Shown in pieces: positions 39,788-55,689 of a stretch of 64,000 nt of DNA. The stretch's first letter is position 1; the number at the start of each line of letters is the position of its first letter. The translations under genes and the position numbers were made by a program. Source of the DNA: Eledone cirrhosa. Taxonomy: Eukaryota. A model generated the notes under the pieces. It did no database searches. It was given only the letters and a program-made list of their open reading frames with translations, and was not told where the DNA came from. The stretch is from NCBI GenBank assembly GCA_964016885.1, contig OZ024742.1:236902001-236966000 (forward strand), in the 5' to 3' direction.

Positions 39788-40357
39788 ACGGGATATGCGG
39801 AGGGAGATGTTTTTGACCAGGTTGTTTGTGATGTTCCTAGGATGGTTTGATCAGCGGTGGATGTAGTGCAGATTGTCATTAGGTTTCCTGTATCATTTAC
39901 GTACTTATACCTCTTAAAAGGGTCCTTGCCTATTCCGTCCCACCTAGTTCTTTTACTTATTTCGTTATTTCTTTATTTATTTATTTCTTTACTTCTTTCT
40001 TTCTTTATTTATTTTATTCTAACCTAACAATAGCCTGAGACCTAGGTCGTAGAATTTAATTTACTTTACTTTTTTCTTTACACTTATTTGCTTTTCTTCA
40101 CTCTCAGTATTTTTTCTTTCCTATATTTCTACCCCCCATTGTTCTACCTACCGTTCCGACTTCCTCCCCCTCCCCCTCCCCTGTATCTTCTTTGACCTCA
40201 TGCCCAGCTGTAGCTGGCACTACCAACGCTTGATTGGGTCTACTCCACCCCTCCCCTCTTTCTCCTACTGGCAGGTTTAGCCACCATCTCCCCTACTAAT
40301 TTGCAACCACAGAATTACTACTGATTTTTGACAATCACTTTGACCATATATGGAATT

Positions 40358-40451
40358 ACCCCTTGAGAAGATCGGCTATTTAAATACCAGGATAAATTTT
40401 CATTTAGTGCAGAATTAGCCGTCGAAACGGCTTGAGCTCAGCTGTCGGGGT
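40358..40451 (+). ncRNA. Hammerhead motif with compensatory U3-A8 core (TTGAGAA)
   Basis: acccc-TTGAGAA-gatcggcta..tagccgtc-GAAA-cggc ttgagctca gctg-TC-ggggt; palindromic tgagctca loop. Confidence 0.75.
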
Positions 40452-40608
40452 CTTACTGGTTCCTATTACCCACTCTACTACCTCAAGTATTGAGTACTTT
40501 GGTGCGTTATGGTCCACCTGGTTCCTTACCACATTTCCTTCGTTATATATATATATATATATGTGCTACCATTACACCAACATATATATATATGTTGGTG
40601 TAATGGTA

Positions 40609-40960
<352 letters not shown>

Positions 40961-41015
40961 AAATATATATATATGTATATATATATGTATATATGTGTAT
41001 ATATATATATATATG

Positions 41016-41058
<43 letters not shown>

Positions 41059-41089
41059 ATATGTATATATTTGTGTCTGTGTATGTGTG

Positions 41090-41128
<39 letters not shown>

Positions 41129-41178
41129 CTATAACAATCCAGTTTCTATAATTTTCGGTGGAAGCAGCGGAGTACGTG

Positions 41179-41216
41179 GCTCTGATGAAGCCAACCAGCG
41201 TGAACAGTCTGTCAGC
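41179..41216 (+). ncRNA. Degenerate hammerhead motif
   Basis: gct-CTGATGA-..-GAA-cagtctg-TC-agc; one core A missing, weak stem II. Confidence 0.35.
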
Positions 41217-41304
41217 TTCTCCCCTTTCTTTCGCCGAAAAAAGTGACATAGTCACTACTTTAAAAAAATATATATATATATGTATGTATATATATATGTA
41301 TATA

Positions 41305-41488
<184 letters not shown>

Positions 41489-41508
41489 TATATATAATAT
41501 ATAGAAAT

Positions 41509-41560
41509 GGCTTCTACAGGACTAGAATTGTTTCATTCGGAGGAAATCATCAGGAAAGCC
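41509..41560 (-). ncRNA. Hammerhead motif, paralog of 35090-35138
   Basis: ttc-CTGATGA-tttcctccgaat-GAAA-ca..tg-TA-gaa; isolated ~70-bp island between (TA)n tracts. Confidence 0.7.
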
Positions 41561-41779
41561 TTTGCATGTATATATATATATATTAGAGACGTCCCTGCCA
41601 TCGTCACAGTTTGTACTGTCTTCAAATCTATTCATAAGGCACCTATTGTCATCTGTCATAATGTCAATTTTCCTTAGAATAAAAGATGTTAAATGTGTTG
41701 TTTAATGTTGCATATATCTAAATACAGAAAGTAATAAAGAACACAATAGAAAAATGTAATCTACGAAAATTATAAAACA

Positions 41780-42470
41780 TTTACAGAACTTCAGTATATT
41801 TAATGTTCTTATCTTTTTTCTTTGGAGCATATAAGAAGAGTTTGTGGAGTCTTCTTAGCCGGGAACTATTTACATACAATTGACCATGTGAGAAACAACC
41901 TTCTTCTTGATGGAGACCGACAACCTGCAGGGTTTGACCTCGGGACTTAACTGACTGTCATTTGAAACTAAAGGGGACATCAGTTGGTATTAGCGGTATT
42001 CTAGGCATAAATACAATGTCTCTCTTACGATGTCTCAGTGACGATTTGGGCTTTGATAATGTGAGGTTGTAGTTCAGTCACAACCATACATGTCAAATTA
42101 CACAATGTTGGTTGATCTAGATTTCTGAGAAGCATGGTGACTGTGCCCTTCTCCAATTCAAGTTTATGCGGTAGCATACCGGACAGTTCCAGATTGTTGA
42201 GAAATTCAACGAGATAATAAACAGCATCGTCCTCTTCAACACATTTGTCAATAGATTTATACGTCTGGTTACCTCCAAGGAGCATTTGTGAGAGCTTTCG
42301 TTGTGATGACATTGACTGTGATCTTTTGAGTGGCAAGGATTGCTCTTTCACAAAGACACTCTCATTAGAATGGTGGATTTAGAAATTGAGAACACTTAAT
42401 TAATTAAGCTTACAACGCTTTCCACAATAGCACAAAATGATGAAGGATCAAAACATCCAGCATCAAGGGA
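41780..42470 (-). mobile_element. Helitron PIF1-like helicase C-terminal fragment
   Basis: VEFLNNLELSGMLPHKLEL..MLLRNLD..LCN, PRIPLIP, GQTLQV, FSHGQLYV. Confidence 0.9.
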
Positions 42471-45400
42471 TTGGTTTCTATGCATTTAAACGGTTAGGAA
42501 GTTCTTATATGTAACACCAAGGTTCCCCACACTCCGAGGTTCCCCACACTCCCTGTCTCGGTTTTCGGCAAACGGAGTCGTTGGCGAGTTAGTCGGATGT
42601 CAGATCGTTCGTAAAGAAACGAAAAAAACATAGAAAAGAAAAAAATTCGCACAGAAGAAATCTCCGAGTGTCCTCCCACTTTATTTCGTTTTCGGAGAAA
42701 AAGTCGTTTGCGAGCATGTCGGTGGTCATATAAGCTGAAAACACAGAAAACCCTAATTATTACTAATTTTATTTATCATTTTTAGCGGCCAACCCACAAA
42801 CTTCCTTTTTATGAGTATTTTGGATATATATACGCGCGCGCCTGTGTGTGTGCGCTCGTATATATATATATATATATATACGCCAGTGTGCGTGCAAGTG
42901 TGTCTACACACATATATATGTGTACGTAAGCTTTAGTTGATTGTTGGACTTACAGAAACTCAAACACACAAACACACACACACACAGAAGTACACACATT
43001 ACGTTTTAGTTAGAGAAAGTGGGAAGTGGAGTGAGTGAGACTTGAAGTAGTGTTTCATTCTCTCTATATAGATAGCATGAAGGACGATAGATAGATATAT
43101 ACATGCAAATAGAGAGAAAAAGGGATAGTGAAAGGGACGAAGAAGGAGCGAGTGAATCAGATAGTAGGCCGGCTGACATCAAACGTTAGAGAGAGGAGGA
43201 GGTAGTTTGAGTGAGAGGTGTAGTGTTACCCTCTCTATATATTGATAGCATGGCGTTTAAAGAGACAGTATTTGTGTGCTAGAAGTCGGGTATTCTCAAG
43301 GCATTCCAAACTCACTGGTCTTTCTTCTTTTAAACGCCTATGTTGTATCCATTCCTTTGTCACCCTAACTAAACGCTACGCTCAGTTCTTCGTACTCATA
43401 ACATTGAAACTGGGTCAACTCGCAAAATTTTAAGCATTAATCAAGCTAGTCCTGGAGAACCTGTCAAAATCATGGGTACTGTCCCTTCATCCAGACCCAA
43501 CAAAAATAAACCTTGTGCTCAATGATATAAAATGAATTTGGTAAATTGCTAAAGAGATATAGACAACCTTACAAATATACCCATATTCCAGCTGCTAACA
43601 TTGAGTAAACATGTTTCTACAGAGCTGCTACTATTTATAGCTAAAATCACTGGAACATCAAGAGTTGAGTTTTTATGTTTAGGACACAATGAAGACTTGG
43701 CGTTGGTTCGTATAGCACCGATCTTTTGGCTGACAAACTGGTTTCTATCAGCTCAACAAGATGTGAGCTACGCCATAGATGTTGAATCGATATTCTTATT
43801 ATATTCTACGTGTATATGTAACCAGGAAAACTGCTAATTCAAGATATTTTAAGACTATGATATTAATTTCAAATATCCCATTAAAAAAATAAATACTGAA
43901 TTGTAGGATTTAAGAAATGTAAGTTTAATATAGGTGACGAATTAGCAAAGTTGTTGGACGTCGAATAGAATGATTTTCAGTATTCATTCCGGTACTCTGC
44001 GCTCTGAGTTCAAATCCTATCAAGATCAACTTTGTTTTTCAATCTTTCGAAAACGATAAAGGACTAGTCCTCTGCTGGGGTCTCTCTCTCTCTAGAAGAA
44101 ATTGCCTATGTTCTGACATGGAAAAGAGTGGACTTCGCTAATTTTAAGTGCTGGCTCCTTTACGACCAAGCAACGAGCATGATATGGCAAAGTTAATATC
44201 TTAATGGTTACATTTTTCTCATGAAATATATTTTCCATCAACGAAGACTTGGAAATGTGATCTCTACTGAGGAAGAAATGCTGGCAAATTCACATGTTAT
44301 TACGAAAATCAAACTTTTTTATTGACGTTTGGTTAACAGTTGGTTCAATTTAATTATTTTAATATTATAGCGGTTTTGGCACCTCTACTTAAATCTTTAG
44401 TTATCTTAAAGTAGTTTTACTTCTGCTATAGGTGAAGATTATTTTCTCTCGGGAAAAAGATTGATTTAGCCAGACATTTCGATTAATCAAGGTCAAGATT
44501 TAGTTTAGATGATATAATAGTTGAAATGACTCATGGGAGAAATTAACTTTATTTGAAACACCTGAGATTAGTTGAAATGATAACTATAGCTGCTTAAGAT
44601 ACGACTGAATCTTGATAAGTTTAACATTGTATTAATCCCGAAAAGTTTAAATTTGTTCTTAGAAACTATGTAATTATTTTCAGAAAATGAATTGGTAAAT
44701 TTGTTCGAGTGTAGGATTAAATATCTCACTACGCTCAGAGTTCAAATTCCGCCATGGTCAACTTTGTCGTTCATAGTTTCGAGATCGATAAAGTACCAGT
44801 CGAGTACGGGGTAGATTTATTTTCTATATATCCTCCTCACGTCCTGTATCTTGCAATCTCTCATCCTCTGAAAGAAATCGACTTTGTTAAAATTTGGAGA
44901 GGGATGGGCTTTGCCAAGTTTTAAATGCCCAAGACACGCTATATATTAGAACGTCGCCCATATGACTTTAGTACCAAAAGTTTAGGGCTAAATAAAAAGA
45001 ATTTAATTATTTCCTCATTATAGTAACGAAGTTGCTTTTCAAACTCAGCTTTTACTTAAAATTGTCACTGTGCAAATTTCGCTATCTTTATGTTGAGGTG
45101 AAAAGGTAGATTATAACACTTACGTATAAATTTATTGTTGCTTCGTGATCTCGGTGGGCAGAATAGCAAATACATTACCCCCCGGAGATAGGGAGAGAGA
45201 TGCACTGAAACAACCAGTCCAACCAGTGAGGGCCGTTCTTTTAAATGAGTCATCTCCACCCCTATCACAGTAAGTAGGGAACTGATTCAGGGATATTGGG
45301 CGAATGCATTATCCCGGAGGATAGCGACTGATTTGTGTTTAAATAGCCAATTCTCATCATGGAGTTCGTTTTATGAATGGTCATTTCCCACCCGATCTGA

Positions 45401-46439
45401 TCGCAGTTTTTCCTTTTGGGGTTGATAAAAAAGATTACCAGTCTGTTGAGTTGAATGGTAGATTAACGGAATTGTTGATGAGTCCATATTTACTCCAGCT
45501 CTGTGTATTCTGAATTCAAATTCTGCCTGTTTCTGCAAGGATATACGATTGGGAGATAGAACCGGCAATAGAAAGATCAATGAAAGTATATTGTTTCCTT
45601 GGTCCGATCTGACGACCAGGCGCTGACCAAGCACTTTCTTCTGTGGGGAGTCACGACTGGCAAATAGTGTCACCAATGGAAAACCATTGGAAATATTATT
45701 TCACTGTTTCTATCTGCAGATTAATTCCTTTCCGTTTCATGTAACCAGAAAATTAGAGAGATATTGCTTATTTCTCGTGGCAGTATTAACTAGAAAATGT
45801 TACAATGTGTTAAGTAAAATGTTATTGATAGTTACAAGTCATAAGAGAAATATATCGAGGATTGATTTATTGATAATTACGACTCCCCAGAGAAGTATTT
45901 CGGAGATTTTGGAAATCGGTAAAGTCTAAAAGGTTACTACTATTTTAAAAAGACCACAAAGTTTTGCACTGGGAATTTTAGACGATGTAGGATGAATGAT
46001 ATTATTGTGAAGGTTTAATAATGAAAGCGGTATCGCTTACTTTAATATCCTTGATGTAATAGAATTACATCCTTTACAGAAATAAATGAGACGCTAATCC
46101 AAGTGACTTTAAAATAAATTAATAATAAGCCCACGTGTTCTTAAAATGTCAGACTATCGGACTATATGTTTTGAATCTTATTGGGTTGATAACAATCATA
46201 TAGTTAATACACTGGGGAAGTTATAATATATAATGTTCCCTATCGTAGAACATTACATTTTGCTCGTGTATAAAATCAATCTTTACAGAGTTATAATGAC
46301 ATTTAGATAAATTGTGTCAAAGAGAACAGATGATTCAATGTACGAAATAAACTTTGATTTCGTTAGTTTACATTAATTATTTTATTAAACAATGGAATTT
46401 ATAAGCAGGATATATTTCTGATGTAGTTACTCAACCCAG

Positions 46440-47340
46440 TGAAGGTGTGTAGCTTAATGGTTAGGGTTTTTAGGCTCACGATCGTAAGGCCACGAGTAGG
46501 ATTGCTTGGCAGCGTTTTATGTCTTTGAGCATGACACGTTATTTTACGTTGCTTGATTCTACTCAACTGGAAAAATGAATGGTACCTACAGTCTCTTCAC
46601 ATACTGTGTCACATTGGATCATACTAAGAATTACGTTAAAGGCATGTGGGTTTGTAGAATGCTCAGCCACTTGCACGTCAATTTCACGAGCAGGCCATTC
46701 CGTTGTGCAAACAATTTTAACTACCATCGTCGTAAGCGGCGGAGGTCCAACACAAATACGCAGTCTATTAAAATGTTCTGCTAATTAATGTATTATACAG
46801 TAGAACACTAACAACTCTAATTGAATCAATAACTCTAGATTCCAGTTAAATGGTCTTCAAAACCATCAACTAAACAACATTATACGAGTAACAGTAGAAT
46901 GTCTATAATATATTTCACTGTAAGTGAAAAGGGTACGATAAACTCCACAGTGAAAAATGTTTTATCTGGGGAAAAATTTGTTAGATATATATCCATTGAA
47001 CATAGCAAATAGTGGATGCAGACGTGGCTGAAGTGTGATTCGCAATCATGAGGTTCCAGATTCGATCCCACTGCGTGATATCTTGGGAAAGAGTCATTTT
47101 TTTTTTGTAGTTTTGTGTCGACTCAAGCCTTATAAGTGAAATTGAATAGTCGGGTAATATTTGGGAGCCAGTCCAATGGACTGTACCTGAAATTGAAAGA
47201 GACAGCTTTGTTACGCACTGTGTCACACTAAAACTGTCTAAGAATTACATTAAGGAGTACACTCCTCTTACGAACACTCAGTCACTTACATTTTAATTTA
47301 ACGACTAGGTCATTCCGTTGATCGCCAAACTCTATACTCC
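46440..47340 (+). mobile_element. Two degenerate tRNA-headed SINEs (46440-46740, 47020-47330)
   Basis: A/B-box-like heads and shared body. Confidence 0.55.
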
Positions 47341-47589
47341 AATTTAACATTATATCCTTACTGGATAATTTATAGTCATGCGTACTCATCAAATGAACTT
47401 TATAATGAATCAATTACAATATGTTTGAAAAACTGAAACACGGGCACCTATGTGTTCACTCGTTATATGAAATAAATGTTTAATGAATATTCCGATAATA
47501 TTCTGTCATTTGTCTTTCAAGTCGTGAGAAGTGAAACCACATCTTATTGAGATGGTACAGGTATAAGGTATAATGGTATAATTATAGTG

Positions 47590-47930
47590 TTAAAATTTTA
47601 CATAGGCCCCAGCGTTGTTCACCTGTATATGTAATCGTTTGGGCATATCTTCGACTGACTTTATCAGGAACTCAAGTGGTACGTTGGACAGTACTTCACG
47701 AATGCGTTCTTCCAACTGAGTGAGAGTGTTTGGTTTTGAGCTATAAACTTCTTTCTTTGTCCACTCTCATAGGAAAGAACCGCATAGCATTAAGTCAGAG
47801 CTTCTTGCTGACTATTCATGTGAACCTCAAACCCAACCAACGTCTTGGAAATTGGATATTAAGCCTCTCATGGAAAGTGCGTAAAAAATGAATATGCGGT
47901 CATTGATGCTGTGCCAAGTGGTCTCAATAG
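47590..47930 (-). mobile_element. Tc1/mariner-superfamily transposase C-terminal remnant
   Basis: RLNIQFPRRWLG..RSSDL..KKEVYSSKPNTLTQLEERIREVL..KRL...NAGAYVKF*. Confidence 0.65.
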
Positions 47931-48151
47931 ACTAGAAGTTATAAGAAATTTTCAATAGGGAATTTATTTCCGCCCATGATGTAATTTCTATTTTTACATT
48001 ACAACTTTTGAATGTAATTAGGGGCGATGAGGTTTCAAATGAGTCGTTTATTCTTTTACTGATTTCAGTCATCTGAGTGCGGTCACGCAGGAGCACTGCC
48101 TTCATTGAGTTGAACATATCGACCACAGTACATATTTCTTTTACGAGTTTG

Positions 48152-49400
<1,249 letters not shown>

Positions 49401-49559
49401 GATGTGTCCACGTTTCCATCTTGGGTGTATCCTCGTTACCCTATGGATATCCTTTTGCTGAAAAATATATTGCATACGACCATGATTGCAAAAGAAGAAG
49501 ACCATTGGCATTCATATTGCCTATTGGGTGATGTTCTAAAACATTCCAGATCTGGTCGT

Positions 49560-50450
49560 CCTTTCCCACACGTCCATTAAAATCTCCAAGAAGCAAGATA
49601 TTGTCCGAATGTGGAATTGATGTTATACACTTTCATAAATCTTGATAAAAAGCTATTATTGATTCCTGGCTACTATGCAGGGTACACTGAGATAACAGTC
49701 ATAAAACGTCTCCTTGAAAGAGGAACTCTTACATGCATAATTCGCTCTGTTATGCCTTGTGGTTGCTCCAGTCGTTTGTAATCTCTGTTCGAACAGCGAA
49801 ACCTACTCCTCCATTCCTTTTCTCCCCATTTGGTTTCTCTTTACAGAAGAACGTATAGCCAGCACTTCTCTCTGATAGATTACTTTCCCCACTAAGACGG
49901 ATTTCGGAGAGTGCAGCTATACCAATATTATACCTGCTCAAATTTCTGTCAACAATAGCAGTCCTGCGTTCTGGATTTGTTGATGGTTCTCTGTCAAGAA
50001 GCGTTCATATGTTCCACGTCGCAACATTCAGTGCAATTCTTTTGAAAATTATTATTTTTCTGCTTGTTTCTCCTGTCGGTATGAACAGCCGTCAGCCGCA
50101 GGTTGCTGACCAGCTTGACGGCGGAGCAGACAATGTTTGGGTCACCTTTTCAGTTTGTGTTGAGGCTTTTTCCAAGATGGAGCCCACCGTAAAACAGTTG
50201 CTTCGGGATCCTGCTTTCTTTCATGCAGACGACATGCCCTGTCCAGCATATTTGAGAAGATGTTACTTGAGACTCAATGCTTGGACAGTCTGCTCTGACA
50301 AGGGCATGGATGTCAAGAGTTCTGTCTTGCCACTTAATGTTGAATATGCACCTTAGGCATTTCTGTTGAAAGTGCTCAAGCAATTTGGTGTGTTTGCGGA
50401 ATATGGCCCAGGTTTCGGCGGAGTACAAAAGAGCAGACAGAACTCATGAT
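49560..50450 (-). mobile_element. RTE/BovB-like LINE fragments (APE N-terminus and RT C-terminus)
   Basis: VATWN, PERRTAIV, IAALSEIRL, GVGFA; LYSAETW..CLRCIFNIKWQDR. Confidence 0.85.
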
Positions 50451-50611
50451 CTATACACGCACACACCTTGGTATTGTTGATAATGTTGCGATTTTCCCAA
50501 ACTCTCTTTTCCTATTTTCCGAAGGCAACAGAGGCTTTCTGAATGCGCAGATATATTTCAGCATCCAAGGAGCCATCATTTGACAGTGTGCTACCCAAGT
50601 AGTACATACAT

Positions 50612-50639
<28 letters not shown>

Positions 50640-50642
<3 letters not shown>

Positions 50643-51680
50643 CCATAACCACAAACGCAACATTCCTACAGACCAACTGCAAGCACTAAACAACTTACAG
50701 AAAGACACCTCAATAATTATAAAAGAAGCTGACAAAGGTGGAGCAATCGTAATCATGGACAAAACCCACTACAAGGATATGGCCCTAGAACAGTTGAATG
50801 ACGAGGACTTCTACAAGAAAATAAACAAAAGTGGAAAGAGAAAAACAAAGATGCCAGTAGGTAAACTGACTACAAAATATCAAAATAATCTTACGCTAAA
50901 GGAAATCAATTACTTAACTAACTTTGAAGTGAAAATCAGTAATTTTTATGGATTGCTGAAACTACATAAATCGAGACAAATCGAAACAATCTTAGTCAGC
51001 TTTGACGTAACAAGCTTGTACACTAGCATCCCATACCAGTGACAATACCGAGAAAAACAAACCAACAACATAAATGGGAAAAAGAGGTTATCCCTTTTGT
51101 CGTCACCCACAATCTAAGGAACTTCAACATTGTGAAAGCCGCTAAACAATATCTCCCGATTCTCCAACAGTCCCTAAAAATGAATGCTCTCATAAAATAC
51201 TTACAAATAATATATAGTAGACGCCAAGCACCTAACCTAAAAAGAAACAGCTTACCAAGGCAACATTTAAATCTGGCAACGAAACAATGCAAGTGAAGAA
51301 ATATGGAGACCCTTGATGCGGTTCTTGCGAATTCATTGAAGACAATGAACTTTTAGAAACAATGAGATTTTCAAAATTAACGCAAACATGATTTGCAAAT
51401 CAAAATACTTAATTTATTGTACAGGTTGTCCATATTGTAAAGAATACTACATTGGAGAAACCGGAACGGGTTTACATGTCAGGGTTAGGGTCCATAAACA
51501 ACAAATTAGAAACCCCTCTGACAGAAACACCACATGCAGTGAACACTTCGCATCACGTGGGAAGGGAAAATTCGAAATCTTCCCCTTCTTTAAGATATGG
51601 TCGTACAACGAACATTTCCGGAAGAAGAATTCTTCATTAGAAAGTACAAGTCACAACTGAATATAAAAAATTAAAAAAAT
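50640..51680 (+). mobile_element. Internally deleted PLE (Cys-linker, Neptune-like)
   Basis: IIKEADKGGAIVIMDK, LVSFDVTSLYTSIP, LIYCTGCPYCKEYYIGETG. Confidence 0.88.
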
Positions 51681-52089
51681 CATCTTCCAGTAATGCTGTT
51701 TTCAAAATCTCGTATAAAAAAGAAAATATCCATCTAGAAGTGAATGACACCAACACTTTCAAACATTCGATCATTGAATAAAAGAACAACCCTCGGAGGT
51801 ACACTACCATTTCACTAGTCTCCGTCTCCAATGTATATGTAGACTTAAATACTTGTATGAATATATACAGTTTGGTGTGGATAGAGATATATCAAGGTAC
51901 ATGTGTGTGCACGTGTATAGATAGATGTAAACATATGTATATGTGTGTGCGTATGTGTATATATACATATGTGTGTGTGTAGGTGTGCGCATGTGTGTGT
52001 ATACATATTTGTGTGTATATATGTATACGTATGTGTGTATGTTTATATTTGTACATGTATCTATATATGTATGTATGTGTTTATACAAT

Positions 52090-52355
52090 AATTGTTTCTA
52101 CTTTTTGGCACAAGGCCAGCAAATACCCAGTGCATTACTGGTACTTTATTTTATCGACCCCGTAAGGATGAAAGGCAAAGTTAACCTCGGCGGGATTTGA
52201 ACTCAGATCATAAAGGGACGTAACTCTATGCTTCAAAGCATGGTGTCCGACTCTCTACCGATACTGGTGCTTTATTTTATCGACTTCGTAAGGATGAAAG
52301 GATGAAAGTTAACCTCGGCAGGATTTGAACTCAGACCGTAAAGGGACGTAACTTC
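52090..52355 (-). mobile_element. Nin-domain-like SINE plus partial second copy
   Basis: Reverse complement of the 28.3 kb SINE. Confidence 0.85.
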
Positions 52356-52922
52356 AAAACTAATAATAACAACAACATACTTCTCTCTCAGCAAACATTT
52401 AAAACACTCATTAACTTTATTTTTTATTCTTATTTCTTCACTAAAGTCCATTTAGGTAAATCTGACCATCACAACGTCTCCCTCGCCCCCAACAACTCTC
52501 AATACCACTCTCAATCAAACATCGAGATTTTCTCCGTTTTTATTTTATTTTCAACAAAAGATGACATGTACTTTACACTCCATTAACACTTCCCCAGAGA
52601 TACACACAAAGTCTTTATATATACACTAACAGAATATAACTTTAGATCAGTTTAACAATCGCCAACGACGAAGGCGAGAAAGTTCCCTGGCAGGATTAAA
52701 AAAACTTTCCACCGAAGTTAACATTGGGTAATTGTAAAAACTATACAATTATAGAATTTATAAAAATTATAGAAATTATAAACTACAAGCTACAAGTGAA
52801 GTCATTCTTTTCCTTTTTTCAAATATATATATATATATATATTATTGACACTAATAATAACTATGTACCCTAAATGTTCTAAATGACTTGGATCCTAGTT
52901 ACACGTTTTCGACATTCCTTAT

Positions 52923-52967
52923 GCTCTGATGATTCCAGACTTCCCTCTGAAAGAAACAATTGTCAGC
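52923..52967 (+). ncRNA. Minimal type I hammerhead motif
   Basis: gct-CTGATGA-ttccaga cttccc tctgaaa-GAAA-c aatt g-TC-agc; distal stem I acatt/aatgt. Confidence 0.8.
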
Positions 52968-53008
52968 TAATAAATGTTCTAAACTAAAATTTGAGCGTTT
53001 TAACACTT

Positions 53009-53059
<51 letters not shown>

Positions 53060-53160
53060 AAATATATTAAAAAAAAGAAAATATGCAAATGAAGCCAGTC
53101 AGTCATTGTATATCTTAGAAAATAGCATATATTTTCACTAGCTCTGACAGTTGGCAAGTG

Positions 53161-53220
53161 AACAGTGAGCTGTACTGATGAAGGGTGATACCCAGAAACA
53201 TTAGTGTCTGCAGTTCTGTT
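53161..53220 (+). ncRNA. Type I hammerhead motif with extended stem I
   Basis: aacagtgagctgta-CTGATGA-a gggt gat accc a-GAAA-ca ttag tg-TC-tgcagttctgtt. Confidence 0.85.
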
Positions 53221-53359
53221 TACATGCCAACACAAGAGCAACACAAGAGCAAGAATGAAGGGTTCATTCTACTGACATGGCTATAAAAATGAGGCTTGTT
53301 TACATAATTGCAAACGAATCGAATGTTATTATTAATATTCGAAAAACTCAGAATACATT

Positions 53360-53398
<39 letters not shown>

Positions 53399-53439
53399 TA
53401 TATACATATATATATATATACATATACATATATATATAC

Positions 53440-53486
<47 letters not shown>

Positions 53487-53835
53487 CATATACATATATA
53501 TACATATACATATACATATACATATATATATATATACATATACATATATATATACATATACATATACATATATATATACATATATATATACATATACATA
53601 TATATATACATATATACATATACATATACATATATATATACATATATACATATACATATACATATATATACATATACATATATACATATACATATATATA
53701 TACATATATACATATACATATATATATACATATACATATATATATACATATACATATATACATATACATATACATATATACATATATATATATATACATA
53801 TATATATACATATATACATATACATATATACATAT

Positions 53836-53886
<51 letters not shown>

Positions 53887-54219
53887 TACATATACATATA
53901 TACATATACACATATACATATATACATATACATATATATATGTGTGTGTGTGTATGTATGTATTGGAATTTCGTATTTCTAATGAAATACGGTATGTTTA
54001 TAAACAAACATTTATAAAACCGTAGCTATGCAACAACACCAGCGGCTATCGCCACCTGGTGGTGTCCAGCAGATGCAAGGGAGACAATCGTAGATGCGCA
54101 TTTCGAACTGAACTAGTTTTCGTTAGGACGATCACGAACTTCGGAGCTAGCTGTCGAAACAGCCGGAGCTCAGCCGTCGGGGTCCTGATTCTTTTCATAT
54201 TACCCTCGCTACTACCCTA

Positions 54220-54306
<87 letters not shown>

Positions 54307-54316
54307 CATATGTATG

Positions 54317-54368
<52 letters not shown>

Positions 54369-54462
54369 TAGATAGATAGATAGATAGATAGATATACATA
54401 TATATATATACATACAGATGCATATCAATGCTAGCAAATATATAATATACATGTATATATAA

Positions 54463-54537
<75 letters not shown>

Positions 54538-54548
54538 TAACAGATTAA

Positions 54549-54599
54549 AGTTTAAACAAAGAATCGCTGCTTTCACCTTTAACGGGATCTTCTGAAACT
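54549..54599 (-). ncRNA. Second CAGAAGA-core hammerhead-like motif
   Basis: Paralog of 25949-25999. Confidence 0.5.
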
Positions 54600-55065
54600 A
54601 AAAATGTCAATCTGTGAACGCAGAAGTAAATATTTCAATTTCAAAAAACGTTGCAACCGAAGGAAGACAGGAAGACGATACTTTGGTTCGTGGAAACGTT
54701 CCCTGGCAAAGAACGGGAAAAAAGGAAGATAATACGTGGAGCGGTGAAAACAATTACACGCAAAGACAAAACCACGTTTATGGTATAACTGAAGTCGTAG
54801 ACTAAAATTCTAACTAGGAAACCGAATGATTCTCGGCTTCAGAGTTAAGAATAAAGTAAATAAAATACAGAGGTAATTGAAATTAAATAAATACATACAC
54901 GCATCCATATACGTACATACACAAGCATACGCGAAAACACTCGCCATAGGTATACAAGTACAAGCACGTACACAAAAAAAACCCGCACGCACATACAGAA
55001 ACCACGCAACGCCTGTACCCGCACACATATGAACGTATACACCAAATACACAAGAATATATATAA

Positions 55066-55127
<62 letters not shown>

Positions 55128-55233
55128 AGGAGGTGAGTTTTATTGTAGTACAATAAAGCAATGCAGATATCGGATAAGAAGCACTCTACAGTTTGTAGGA
55201 CTGGAGTATACATAATATAATATCTTTTGATCT

Positions 55234-55322
<89 letters not shown>

Positions 55323-55689
55323 CGTGTATACATATAATTAAATAAACGTATATAAATAAATAAATACGTATATAACGCGCACACACACATACCTACATTT
55401 AAATACACATACATCCGCAGACGTACGTCGACCAAAACACAAAGTACACATATACACACACCCTACATACGTATGAACCCGCATACTCACACAGACGCAA
55501 AACACGCGTATACACATAACCAAACGCACATGTACCAGAAAGTATACGTACCTTCACAAAACATACAGGTAATATATACTTACCTATACAAATTAGTAAT
55601 GGTATAAACCTAACATATACTTAGCTACCACATCAAGACGTAAAATATCCGCGTATAGTTTGTAGTATCCATCAGGGTATAATGTGGGG

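Noticed and set aside
39851-39853. In-frame TGA in PLE RT thumb as possible selenocysteine
   Set aside because: Not a cysteine position (the homolog at 14.7 kb has Asn), no SECIS recognised; a nonsense mutation is simpler
53220-54017. Long YI/HT/CV-rich ORFs here and throughout the window
   Set aside because: Translations of (TA)n, (CA)n and (TACA)n microsatellites
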